Origin: Eledone cirrhosa | Taxonomy: Eukaryota | Assembly: GCA_964016885.1 (NCBI GenBank) | Contig: CAXHJY010000101.1 | Location: 1-27,072, forward strand | Direction: 5' to 3' | Length of the DNA: 27,072 nucleotides | Shown here: one piece after another, positions 1 to 15,913 of the stretch | Layout: every line of letters starts with the position of its first letter | Numbering within the stretch: the first letter of the stretch is position 1 | The notes under the pieces: generated by a model | Database searches by the model: none | The model's input: only the letters and a program-made list of their open reading frames with translations | Told to the model about the DNA's origin: nothing | Position numbers and translations under genes: made by a program

Positions 1-329
1 AGGGCACAGAGAATAGTGGGAGCGGTCGGAAAAAGGGGGAAAATATCCGGGGTCTAAGCCAACTGCTATAAAGGGCGGAGTCCGCCAAATCTATCAAAGA
101 CTAGGGGAGGGGGGGTGGGGGTACTAAGGCTACATGGGGCCAAAGGGCAGCCTCGGGTGGGCGAGAAAAGACGCCGACAAAGGAGAAGAGCTGGGGTAGA
201 AGGACAAAGGAGAGAGGGGGGAAGGAAATAAAGGAAGCGATAAAAGAATACAAAGAAGATCTTACGTCTTCCTTGGCAAGCAGGGGTTACCATTGCAAAA
301 TCGGCAACTGGGGTGTTTATAGCCCTAGT

Positions 330-659
330 CTACCCCCCCCGGTCATTATGGGGTTTGAGGGCGAGGTAAGTCCTACGCAATCTATGTTTACATGCAGTAA
401 CCAGTTCATCTTTCTTGTTTAGGAGTTGGTCCGTCGAAAACAGCATTTGTAAAGTTTCCTCCGAGCATAAATTGCACGGACGGCGTCCTCCCGTGTAAGA
501 ATTGGCTCTGGACAGTAATCTCCAAGTGAGATCATAGGTGATGTTGTTGTCCTTGAGGTCCCATATGTGGCCCGAAAGTGTAGTGGCGTGACGCCGGGCC
601 GGGTTTCGGAAGGTATGTCTATGTTGGTATAGCCGGGTCTTGAAGTCACATGCGGTAAG
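330..659 (-). pseudogene. Penelope-like element GIY-YIG endonuclease C-terminal fragment (not in ORF track; no start codon)
   Basis: Manual translation gives LTACDFKTRLYQHRHTFRN...TTLSGHIWDLKDNNITYDLTWRLLSRANSYTGGRRPCNLCSEE...LLNKKDELVTACKHR..., stop at 330-332. This matches the FKxR..H / LSxxIW / CNLC / LLNKxxE..CxH pattern of PLE GIY-YIG C-termini. Truncated just after the expected YIG motif. Confidence 0.85.
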
Positions 660-1561
660 TACCCCCAGTACCCCCCCCCCCCCCCTCCCCTAGTCTTTGA
701 TAGATTTGGCGGACTCCGCCCTTTATAGCAGTTGGCTTAGACCCCGGATATTTTCCCCCTTTTTCCGACCGCTCCCACTATTCTCTGTGCCCTCTATATT
801 TCTTAGTGGCACATGCCTTATTTTTTCGTTTCAGTATTTCTTGCTTCGCTTTTCTTCTGGGCGGGGTGGATTCTGAATTTATTTCTCCGTATTCTACCTT
901 TATTTCGTACGAACTTTCATGTAGCTTGTTTTAGATCTTTTAGAGTTAGCATTAGTATATATTTTTCTCGGGACTCAGAATAATTATCTCGTACAAGTTC
1001 ACTTTGCTGCACTGGGTCGTTGCTGGCCCGGGATGGAAACCTTTATTGTTATTTCGTGGTAGTCTCTTTAGTATTTTGGCCCCTTTTGTTGACCCGTCAC
1101 CGTATCATTTACGTACTTATACCTCTTAAAAGGGTCCTTGCCTTATCCGTCCCACCTAGTTCTCTTACTTATTTCCTTATTTATTTATTTATTTATTTAT
1201 TTACTTCTTTCTTCTTTCTTTATTTTATTCTCACCTAACAATAGCCTGACACCTAGGTCGTAGAATTTAATTTACTTTACTTTTTTCTTTACACTTATTT
1301 GCTTTTCTTCACTCTCAGTATTTTTTCTTTCCTATTTCTACCCCCCATTGTTCTACCTACCGTTCCAACTTCCTCCCCCTCCCCTGTATCTTCTTTGACC
1401 TCATGCCCAGCTGTAGCTGGCACTACCAACGCTTGATTGGGTCTACTCCACCCCCTCCCCTCTTTCTCCTACTGGCAGGTTTAGCCACCATCTCCCCTAC
1501 TAATTTGCAACCACAGAATTACTACTGATTTTTGACAATCACTTTGACCATATATGGAATT

Positions 1562-1654
1562 ACCCCTTGAGAGATCGGCTATTTAAATACCAGGATAAAT
1601 TTTCATTTAGTCCAGAATTAGCCGTCGAAACGGCTTGAGCTCAGCTGTCGGGGT
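1562..1654 (+). ncRNA. Hammerhead-like motif, atypical core
   Basis: Stem I ACCCC/GGGGT; core TTGAGAGA instead of CTGANGA; stem II CGGCTA/TAGCCG with a long loop; GAAA at 1627-1630; stem III ACGGC/GCTGT; GUC triplet ending at 1649. Confidence 0.5.
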
Positions 1655-1666
1655 CTTACTGGTTCC

Positions 1667-2822
<1,156 letters not shown>

Positions 2823-3173
2823 TCATCATTCATCATCATCATCATTTCATTTTACGTCCGCTTTTCCCTGCTTGCAAGGGTGGGACGGGAACTGATTCTG
2901 GCTTGATTTCTACAGCTGGATGCCCTTCCTAACACCAACCTCATTTACAGTGAGTGCTGGGTGCTTTTTTGCCGTGGCACCTACACGACCACTTTGCAGT
3001 GGAATGATAGGGGACCTCAGTCCCTATCATCTCATTTCTACAGCTGAGTAAACTGGAGCAATTTGAAATAAAGTGTCTTGCTCAAGGAAACAACACACCA
3101 CCCGGTCTGAGAATTGAACTCACAACCTTTCGATTGCAAGGCCAATGCTCTAACCACTAAGCCATGTGCCTCC
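2823..3173 (-). mobile_element. tRNA-derived SINE with RTE-LINE-derived 3' tail
   Basis: On the minus strand: A box TGGCTTAGTGG, B box GAGTTCAATTC, central CCTTGAGCAAGACAC...CTCAGCTGTAGAAATG region (recalled as Nin/Deu-domain-like), a 3' part matching the LINE 3'UTR at 17014-17169, and a (TGA)n tail. Confidence 0.9.
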
Positions 3174-3191
3174 ATTATATATTTATATATA

Positions 3192-3238
<47 letters not shown>

Positions 3239-3561
3239 ATATATATATTTAATATATATATATATATTTATATATATATAGCGGCGATGAATTAGTTTTG
3301 CGAGGTTTTTTATATGAAATCGTGTGTCGAAACAGATATTGTTATATTTGGGGAGGGTCATATTTGCGTAATATTGCCAGAATTAATAACAGAACACACT
3401 CACTGTTTGGTTGGTTTTCGCTTCTCGCTGTCTTTTATATATATATATATATCTGCGATCTAACTTACTCGGTCCTCAATGTTGCCATTGACTGACGGCG
3501 CGGTCAAAAATAATACAGATACAATATAGACACAAACACATATATATAGTTTACATAATTT

Positions 3562-3601
3562 ACATAAATCTTTCGTTGCACATCTGCAACATCGTCAGTG
3601 G
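3562..3601 (-). ncRNA. Minimal hammerhead-like motif in PLE pseudo-LTR
   Basis: CTGACGA-T-GTTGCA-gatg-TGCAAC-GAAA-GATTT-A. Stem II is perfect (6 bp) but stem I has only 2 bp. Confidence 0.55.
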
Positions 3602-3858
3602 TGTTATATTCATTGTTCCTCCTGTTGTGTTGTATGTCTACGCCATTTTTTTTTGTTCAGTCTGTCTATATATTTATTTATTTATTTGCTTGTTTGTTTA
3701 TCTTATTTTATTTTGTCTTCTTTGCGCATGCGTTTGCGTGTGTGTATAGTGTTATGTGTGACTAGTGTGTATAGTGTTGTCTGCTGGGTGACTAGTGTGT
3801 GTTTATGTGCTTGTGTATGTATTTATTTATCTTATTTTATTTAATTTTATTTACTTAT

Positions 3859-5145
3859 TTATACTTCTCTTAGGTCAGTGTTGTTTGTTTGGGTGTTGTT
3901 GTTGTTCCACTCATTCTTTCTGTTTAGCTTTGGTCTTCTAATTTCTATTTCACTGGCCTCTCTGATTTGCCTATCTGCTGGGGTCATTCCTATGTTTAGA
4001 TATTATTCTAATTTCTATGTTGTCTATGTTACCATCGTGTTGTTGTCTAGCATGTTCGTATAGTACTGACCCGTTTTTTCGTCCTTTTAGTTCCCCCCAG
4101 TGTTGGTCTATCCTTTCACCTATGCTACGAGCTGTCTCACCTATGTATGTTGTTGTCATGTTTCTGCAAGTACCCTCTGTACATCTTATGCTATAGACTA
4201 CGTTTCTGGTTTTACAGTTTATCCGGGGGTTCACCTTACATATGATACATTTCCTATTAGTACAGTGGGTTTTCTTAAAAGGGTAGGTTTTGCTGATCAG
4301 GGATTTTATGGTGGTTCCAGGCTTTTCTACCACCTTTATTTTTAAGTGGGTCTTTCTCAGGGCCTTTCTACACTGGTTAGCTAATTTCCCTCCAGGGGTG
4401 GCATCCACAAACATGACACTCTGATATCTCTGGTTGTCGTACCATGATGTGGCCTTCCCTATCTTATGTCTAGCCCTATCTAAGCTATTCCATGATTTGC
4501 TCCTGTATAGTGGGCAAATTCCTTTCATGTCCAGTTCTATGAGGGTCTTATACTTTTCCATGGCTCCTTCGTATACTCTGACTCTGTCTCTTTGGTTGTA
4601 GCCAGAGAACTGCATGCGGTTGATGAAGTGTTGGATGTGTCCTTCCATTTCTGTTGGGTCGCACATGCTGGACACATTCTTCATCACTCGTACCAAATCT
4701 GCGATCAGAATATTAAACTAGCACTACTGGACATTGCTGAGTTTTTGAGTATCAGGTATTTGGAGGCCATGGGTTTAGCATAGTGTGAGTGGAGAATTTG
4801 GGCTCTCTCGTCTATAGTGTTAATCCAGAGTTCTGTGTCTAATACAGGTCGTCTATTGTTAGGGTGTTTGGAGGGAAGTCTATAGTTAGTTATACTCTGG
4901 TGTATGGAATTAGCTATCTGCTGGATGCTTTCCATCGTGCTACGTTCTAAATCAAACTTGTTAGTGCTCTCTAGTGGGGGTGTTCTTATAACTATATTGA
5001 TATCGTCTACATAACGAGAGTACATGATGAGGTCTATGGAGCTTTCATTAAGGAGATCTTTAAGTCTCCTTTCCCACCATACCATGAAAAGGTTGGCAAC
5101 ATCACCAGCTATGCTGACGCCGATGGCTGCTCCCTCATTTTGGGT
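3859..5145 (-). pseudogene. Frameshifted PLE reverse transcriptase (C-terminal part) plus GIY-YIG endonuclease
   Basis: QNEGAAIGVSIAG and YSRYVDD (RT motifs), PVLD, PLYRSKSW, Cys linker CTNRKCIIC, VVYSIRC...YIGETARS...R...H. Frameshifts near 4700 and 3970; the last frame continues RQIREA...PKLNRKNEWN to a stop at 3859. Confidence 0.92.
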
Positions 5146-5148
5146 CTA

Positions 5149-5202
5149 CGGGTTGCGGTATTTATGTTCCCAGGGGGAAATATTCCAGTGACGTGTGCTG
5201 AG

Positions 5203-5204
<2 letters not shown>
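5149..5204 (+). repeat. 56-bp terminal fragment of the repeat at 13844
   Basis: Near-identical reverse complement of 13844-13898. Both copies end at the same base against (TA)n. Confidence 0.85.
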
Positions 5205-6596
<1,392 letters not shown>

Positions 6597-6608
6597 GGCA
6601 TATATTGT

Positions 6609-6954
6609 GAGGCACATGGCTTAGTGGTTAGAGCACTGGGTTTGCAATCGAAAGGTTGTGAGTTCAATTCTCAGACCGGGTGATGTGTGTTTCCTTGAGC
6701 AAGACACTTTATTTCACATTGCTCCAGTTTACTCAGCTGTAGAAATGAGATGATAGGGACTGGGGTCCCTATCATTCCACTGCAAAGTGGTCGTGGAGGT
6801 GCCACGGCAAAAAAAGCACCCAGCACTCACTGTAAATGAGGTTGGTGTTAGGAAGGGCATCCAGCTGTAGAAATCAAGCCAGTATCAGTTCCGTCCCACC
6901 CTTGCAAGCAGGGAAAAGCCGACGTAAAATGATGATGATGATGATGATGATGAT
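6609..6954 (+). mobile_element. tRNA-derived SINE with RTE tail (second copy)
   Basis: A/B boxes, same body as 2823-3173 in the opposite orientation, (TGA)n tail. Confidence 0.9.
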
Positions 6955-6965
6955 ATATATATATT

Positions 6966-7197
<232 letters not shown>

Positions 7198-7229
7198 AAG
7201 AATCAAAGAAACTGTTCAAAACATTATTG

Positions 7230-7276
7230 TGCTTACAGCTGTTTCCTCCAAACCGAGGTTTGGATTCTTCGGAGCA
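7230..7276 (-). ncRNA. Hammerhead-like motif (CCGAAGA core variant)
   Basis: TGCT-CCGAAGA-A-TCCAAAC-ctcg-GTTTGGA-G-GAAA-CAGCTG-TA-AGCA. Palindromic stem III, GUA triplet. Confidence 0.65.
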
Positions 7277-8521
7277 ATTTATTAATGCATGGACAGTTAT
7301 ATGACCTCCTTTTCAGCCGAGAGACATACCAATACATATTCAAACATTGATACATATTCAAACATTGTGGGTCAACATTCATTACAGAATTTAGAGTGCA
7401 GTACACACTTCGAGATTACATTTATATTAATAGGTACAATCAAAAATCAAAGATATAGGTTAAAGTACAACATGAAGATAAGTGGTTATATAGTGCAAAT
7501 GTTATATGTGTGGCACGCATGTGCGTCCTTGTTTATATAGTGTGGCAGAGAGATATGTGTGGTAGAGGCACTTAGGTAGGTAAATAAGAGTGTTAGGTTG
7601 GTAGATCTGGTGGCAAAGTCTTTATATGATTGATATAGTCTGTGTGTGGAGAAATATTATAAGCATTAAAGATAGTGTAGCACCTTAAGATGGGTTAATC
7701 CACCTTAATAATAATATGATCACCTTCAGCATAATTTAGTTTAAACTACTCTATAGTTAGTACACTTTATGCTTTAAAAGTCTCTCTTGGAAGGTGCACC
7801 TCACCATAGAATTTAGGGTCTATATTGGGACACATTTTAATGGCTAGATATAGAAACCCCAGAGTTACCTCCCCGCATGCATTAACTCCCCTTAGCCACA
7901 CACACACTTCCGGTATTCAATGGCGTTTCTCGAAACGTAACAACCTCCTGTATCGAACTAAAGAACACCAGACTACGATCTCTAACTGGATTGTCGTGGA
8001 TTATGTGAAAGGCATATAATCGAAATATACACTCCCTTGACCATGAAAATGCCGAAGTACATGATTACTTGACATCCCTGCGCTGTGCATCTCCAATACT
8101 TATAACACTTTTAATGCTTGCACTATCTTTAATGCTTATAATATTTCTCCACACACAGACTATATCAATCATATAAAGACTTTGCCACCAGATCTACCAA
8201 CCTAACACTCTTATTTACCTACCTAAGTGCCTCTACCACACATATCTCTCTGCCACACTATATAAACAAGACGCCACATGCGTGCCACACATATAACATT
8301 TGCACTATATAACCACTTATCTTCATGTTGTACTTTAACCTATATCTTTGATTTTTGATTGTACCTATTAATATAAATGTAATCTCGAAGTGTGTACTGC
8401 CACTCTAAATTCTGTAATGAATGTTGACCCACAATGTTTGAATATGTATCAATGTTTGAATATGTATTGGTATGTCTCTCGGCTGAAAAGGAGGTCATAT
8501 AACTGTCCATGCATTAATAAT

Positions 8522-8567
8522 TGCTCCGAAGAATCCAAACCTCGGTTTGAGGAAACAGCTGTAAGCA
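8522..8567 (+). ncRNA. Hammerhead-like motif (CCGAAGA core variant), second arm
   Basis: Same motif as 7230-7276 with a 1-nt deletion in stem II. Confidence 0.62.
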
Positions 8568-8772
8568 CAATAATGTTTTGAACAGTTCTTTGATTCTTAT
8601 ATTTCATATAACTGCTCTGTAAATCATCTGATGTTTTTTACATTGAGCTACTTAACTTACTGGTAATAAGGTAGTAATACATTACTGCCTACCACTATTT
8701 AGGGTGTGTGTAAAATACTTACAACTGCTTAAGGTTTTGTGTTTACATAACCATAAATAGTATAACTAATAC

Positions 8773-10507
<1,735 letters not shown>

Positions 10508-10635
10508 ATATGTGAATATAGACATAGAATATTCGAAATATTCTGTATGTTTATAATAAACATTTTGAAGACCTAATCGCTATAGAATAGAATACGTCAC
10601 GTATTACAATTAGATTCTCGACAAAAGCAAGGGAA

Positions 10636-10678
10636 GTAATCTACGCGTTTCATTCTTGTTAGAAATCATCAGGACTAC
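10636..10678 (-). ncRNA. Type I hammerhead ribozyme, inverted arm copy
   Basis: Reverse complement of the 11032-11074 motif. Confidence 0.82.
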
Positions 10679-11007
10679 ATATCCAGTGCTTTTATCGAGA
10701 ATGACACAGCTAGAGACTTATAGAATACTTAGCTGTGTACAGGAACTGGTTTGAAGAGCGGTTGCCGTCCGGCAGAAATTAGAAATTGGAATAAATGCTC
10801 TGAAATAGCGATATATATGTGAATATAGACATAGAATATTCGAAAATATTCTGTATGTTTATAATAAACATTTTGAAGACCTAATCGCTATAGAATAGAA
10901 TACGTCACGTATTACAATTAGATTCTCGACAAAAGCAAGGGAAGTAATCTACGCGTTTCATTCTTGTTAGAAATCATCTAAGTATTCTATAAGTCTCTAG
11001 CTGTGTC

Positions 11008-11096
11008 ATTCTCGATAAAAGCACTGGATATGTAGTCCTGATGATTTCTAACAAGAATGAAACGCGTAGATTACTTCCCTTGCTTTTGTCGAGAAT
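11008..11096 (+). ncRNA. Type I hammerhead ribozyme (first of 7 plus-strand copies; cores at 11032, 11342, 11652, 11983, 12293, 12603, 12913)
   Basis: GTAGTC-CTGATGA-T-TTCT-aaca-AGAA-T-GAAA-CGCG-TA-GATTAC. Stem I is extended by GGA/TCC and by 16 bp ATTCTCGATAAAAGCA/TGCTTTTGTCGAGAAT. Predicted cleavage after 11068. Confidence 0.88.
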
Positions 11097-13114
11097 CTAA
11101 TTGTAATACGTGACGTATTCTATTCTATAGCGATTAGGTCTTCAAAATGTTTATTATAAACATACAGAATATTTTCGAATATTCTATGTCTATATTCACA
11201 TATATATCGCTATTTCAGAGCATTTATTCCAATTTCTAATTTCTGCCGGACCGGCAACCGCTCTTTCAAACCAGTTCCTGTACACAGCTAAGTATTCTAT
11301 AAGTCTCTAGCTGTGTCATTCTCGATAAAAGCACTGGATATGTAGTCCTGATGATTTCTAACAAGAATGAAACGCGTAGATTACTCCCTTGCTTTTGTCG
11401 AGAATCTAATTGTAATACGTGACGTATTCTATTCTATAGCGATTAGGTCTTCAAAATGTTTATTATAAACATACAGAATATTTTCGAATATTCTATGTCT
11501 ATATTCACATATATATCGCTATTTCAGAGCATTTATTCCAATTTCTAATTTCTGCCGGACCGGCAACCGCTCTTTCAAACCAGTTCCTGTACACAGCTAA
11601 GTATTCTATAAGTCTCTAGCTGTGTCATTCTCGATAAAAAGCACTGGATATGTAGTCCTGATGATTTCTAACAAGAATGAAACGCGTAGATTACTTCCCT
11701 TGCTTTTGTCGAGAATCTAATTGTAATACGTGACGTATTCTATTCTATAGCGATTAGGTCTTCAAAATGTTTAATATAAAAAAAAAAATGTTTATTATAA
11801 ACATACAGATTATTTTCGAATATTCTATGTCTATATTCACATATATATCGCTATTTCAGAGCATTTATTCCAATTTCTAATTTCTGCCGGACCGGCAACC
11901 GCTCTTTCAAACCAGTTCCTGTACACAGCTAAGTATTCTATAAGTCTCTAGCTGTGTCATTCTCGATAAAAGCACTGGATATGTAGTCCTGATGATTTCT
12001 AACAAGAATGAAACGCGTAGATTACTTCCCTTGCTTTTGTCGAGAATCTAATTGTAATACGTGACGTATTCTATGCTATAGCGATTAGGTCTTCAAAATG
12101 TTTATTATAAACATACAGAATATTTTCGAATATTCTATGTCTATATTCACATATATATCGCTATTTCAGAGCATTTATTCCAATTTCTAATTTCTGCCGG
12201 ACCGGCAACCGCTCTTTCAAACCAGTTCCTGTACACAGCTAAGTATTCTATAAGTCTCTAGCTGTGTCATTCTCGATAAAAGCACTGGATATGTAGTCCT
12301 GATGATTTCTAACAAGAATGAAACGCGTAGATTACTTCCCTTGCTTTTGTCGAGAATCTAATTGTAATACGTGACGTATTCTATTCTATAGCCGATTAGG
12401 TCTTCAAAATGTTTATTATAAACATACAGATATTTTCGAATATTCTATGTCTATATTCACATATATATCGCTATTTCAGAACATTTATTCCAATTTCTAA
12501 TTTCTGCCGGACCGGCAACCGCTCTTTCAAACCAGTTCCTGTACACAGCTAAGTATTCTATAAGTCTCTAGCTGTGTCATTCTCGATAAAAGCACTGGAT
12601 ATGTAGTCCTGATGATTTCTAACAAGAATGAAACGCGTAGATTACTTCCCTTGCTTTTGTCGAGAATCTAATTGTAATACGTGACGTATTCTATTCTATA
12701 GCGATTAGGTCTTCAAAATGTTTATTATAAACATACAGAATATTTTCGAATATTCTATGTCTATATTCACATATATATCGCTATTTCAGAGCATTTATTC
12801 CAATTTCTAATTTCTGCCGGACCGGCAACCGCTCTTTCAAACCAGTTCCTGTACACAGCTAAGTATTATATAAGTCTCTAGCTGTGTCATTCTCGATAAA
12901 AGCACTGGATATGTAGTCCTGATGATTTCTAACAAGAATGAAACGCGTAGATTACTTCCCTTGCTTTTGTCGAGAATCTAATTGTAATACGTGACGTATT
13001 CTATTCTATAGCGATTAGGTCTTCAAAATGTTTATTATAAACATACAGAATATTTTCGAATATTCTATGTCTATATTCACATATATATCGCTATTTCAGA
13101 GCATTTATTCCAAT

Positions 13115-13175
13115 ATATATTTATATATATTTATATATATTTATATATATATTTATATATATATATATATATTTA

Positions 13176-13235
<60 letters not shown>

Positions 13236-13263
13236 TTATATATATATATATATTTATATATAT

Positions 13264-13295
<32 letters not shown>

Positions 13296-13397
13296 AATTA
13301 TATATAAATATATATTTATATATAAATATATTATTTATATATATATATATATTTATATATTTATATATATATATTTATATATATATATATATTTATA

Positions 13398-13448
<51 letters not shown>

Positions 13449-13795
13449 ATATATATATATTTATACATATATATATTTATATATTTATATATATATTTAT
13501 ATATATATATATTTATATATATATTTATATATATATATATTTATTTATATATATATTTATTTATATATATATATTTATTTATATATATATTTATTTATAT
13601 ATATATTTATATATATATATATTTATTTATATATATATTTATTTATATATATATTTATATATATATATATTTATTTATATATATATTTATTTATATATAT
13701 ATTTATATATATATATATTTATATATATATATATTTATATATTTATATATATATATATTTATTTATATATATATATATTTATTTATATATATATA

Positions 13796-13843
<48 letters not shown>
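13115..13843. repeat. Degenerate (TA)n microsatellite
   Basis: TA run with TTTA interruptions. Confidence 0.97.
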
Positions 13844-13845
<2 letters not shown>

Positions 13846-14400
13846 CTCAGCACACGTCACTAGAATATTTCCCCTGGGAACATAAATACCGCAACCCGAA
13901 CTATATTGTATTTCTCCTGTCTCTTGAACTCTACATTTACTAGACAACGACTATTGTTTGTTTATCTATATCTTCACATCTTTGTTTGCTGTATTAATGT
14001 CCTGATTTCTCCATCTTACTCCAACACCACTCTTGTTGGTTTATTTACATGTTTATACCTATATATTGATATGTTTATATATTTATACCTCTGCTGTACC
14101 AATGTGCTCTTCCACGTATTCCACTTCTATGTATCCATGTATTTCTACCTCTCACATTGGGACCTGTACCCATTAGCTCTTCCACGTATTCCACTTCTAT
14201 GTATCCATGTATTTCTACTCCTCACATTGGGACCTGTACCCATTAGCACACGACACTAGAATGTCTCCTCCTGAGAACAAAAATTAAACATTACACGACT
14301 ATATCCCGTACTCTACATCCCACTAGGATAAATTACAGATCTACATAATACAATTAACGTTTCTTCAGAAAAGACTATTTAATTAAACCCCGCAACCCAA
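13844..14400 (-). repeat. Unclassified interspersed repeat with internal duplications
   Basis: Terminus shared with 5149-5204; a diverged second copy of the terminal motif lies at ~14247-14285. Strand is inferred from the fixed end only. Confidence 0.55.
14106..14247. repeat. 2 x 70-bp tandem repeat
   Basis: GCTCTTCCACGTATTCC...GTACCCATTA repeated at 14106 and 14176. Confidence 0.92.
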
Positions 14401-14520
14401 AACCTCATAGAAGTTATTTGAATGTCTAATCTTCAATTTTCTGTTTGTTCAATTCTCAATCCTCTTACTCCTTAGTTTCATAATGTTATTCTGAATTCTT
14501 TCAACTTCATCCGATAGAGT

Positions 14521-15540
14521 TAAGCAAAATTCTAAAGTTCCAACTTTCTGTCGGACCGTTGGGTGGGTTTTAGCGGCGGCGCGACCAGCTCCCTGGCGAA
14601 CGGGCTCACCTGGAGTGCTCGGAAAAATAAATTCCCCTTCTTTCAGTAAATGAAAATACTCGGCGTGGCTTAATTAGCCATGGGGCCTGGGGCGCGGCCG
14701 GTGTTTTAACCGCCAAATAGTACCTTTAAATTACAGAACAAATCGGAACTATTATATATATCAACCTGAAACTGTTGAGCTTTAAGTTTTCTAACCTCTT
14801 TAATATGGAATATTGATTATTAATTTATTAATTTTTTAACTTCATCCTATAAGCCTAAACATTGTAACACACTGACCCCCAATATATTCACCTCTGCTAA
14901 GATGCGAGTCCCTGTGAAAATTTTGTCGCGCCACTCCTGGCCCGACTGTGGTGTGACATTAATATCGACCTTCCTTCCTCTCTCTTTCTATCTTCCTTCT
15001 TGTAGCTATCAACCATTACTCTTTTACTTCTCTAAGCTAAATTTTAAAGTTCCAACTTTCTGTTGGACTGTTGGGTGGGTTTTAATGGCGGCGCGACCAG
15101 CTCCGTGGCGAACGAGCTCACCTAGAGTGCTTGGAAAAATAAATTTCCCCTTCTTTCAGTAAATGAAAATACTCGGCGTGGCTTAATTAGCCATGGGGCC
15201 TGGGGCGCGGCCGGTGTTTTAACCGCCAAATAGTACCTTTAAATTACAGACCAAATCGGAACTATTATATAATTAATTGTTAAACTGTTGAACTTTAAAT
15301 TTTCTAACCTCTTTAATATTGAATATTGATTATTAAATGTTTTTAACTTCATCCTAGAAGTCTAAACACTGTAAAACACTGACTCCCAATATATCCATCT
15401 CCGCTAAGATGCGGGTCCCTGAGAAAATTTTCTCGCGCCACTCCTGGCTTGACTGTGGTCTGACATTAATATCGACCTTTCTTCCTCTTCCTTTCTATCT
15501 TCCTTCTTGTAGCCATCAACCCTTACTTTTCTACTTCTCT
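14521..15540. repeat. 2 x ~510-bp diverged tandem duplication
   Basis: 14521-15032 aligns with 15033-15540 with scattered substitutions. Confidence 0.9.
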
Positions 15541-15913
15541 CTTCCCTTCCTTCTCTCCTCTCCTCCTCCCTACAGACTTATCTTCCTTCCCCCTCTTGCT
15601 TGCCTATATCTGACCAGTAGTAGTTACCTTCCTCTTTTAGCTGACATTAACCCTGACTTCTCTTCTTCTTTCTTCCCCCTTCTTCTCCTTCCTTTCTTTC
15701 TTTCTTTTACCTTGTGTCATGGGATCGACGTTAACCTATGCTCCCATCTCTTTCTGTTTTCGTTCATCTGACCGGTAGTAGCATACTATAAAATTTAGCC
15801 ACGTCACTCCAGGGCGACCGGCTGAGGTTGAAGGAACAGAATAGCGGTCGCCCTCGGGTCTCGATTTTCAGCCCCATGGATTTTACCTATTACATTCACG
15901 TATTATATTTCGA

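Larger units (their letters stand above)
1..1666. mobile_element. PLE insertion with inverted arms: minus arm (<1-659) and plus-strand pseudo-LTR arm (659-1666)
   Basis: 1-125 is the reverse complement of ~668-792. The minus arm holds the GIY-YIG fragment. The plus arm ends in an HHR-like motif followed by (TA)n. Confidence 0.75.
3338..5145 (-). mobile_element. Penelope-like element, 5'-truncated (ORF remnant plus 3' pseudo-LTR)
   Basis: RT/GIY-YIG remnant at 3859-5145. The 3' region 3338-3640 is homologous to 21523-21802 and contains an HHR-like motif. Confidence 0.9.
10508..13114. mobile_element. ~310-bp tandem array with one hammerhead ribozyme per unit (candidate non-LTR retrozyme)
   Basis: Plus-strand units start at 10978, 11288, 11597, 11929, 12239, 12549 and 12859 (last one partial, to 13114). 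About 1.5 units are inverted at 10508-10977. No coding potential. Confidence 0.88.

Noticed and set aside
419-649. 76-aa ORF in the track
   Set aside because: Wrong frame; the neighbouring frame carries the GIY-YIG motifs.
6609-6680. tRNA gene
   Set aside because: Only A/B boxes in a SINE head, continuous with the SINE body in both copies.
10978-13114. CRISPR array, rDNA or telomeric repeat
   Set aside because: No unique spacers, no rRNA similarity that I recognise, and 310-bp units.
14362-14368. CTGAAGA on the minus strand
   Set aside because: No stem II, GAAA or stem III in hammerhead spacing.
14902-15771. Paired ORFs MRVPVK/MRVPEK
   Set aside because: Their similarity comes from the tandem duplication; low complexity and no recognisable domain.
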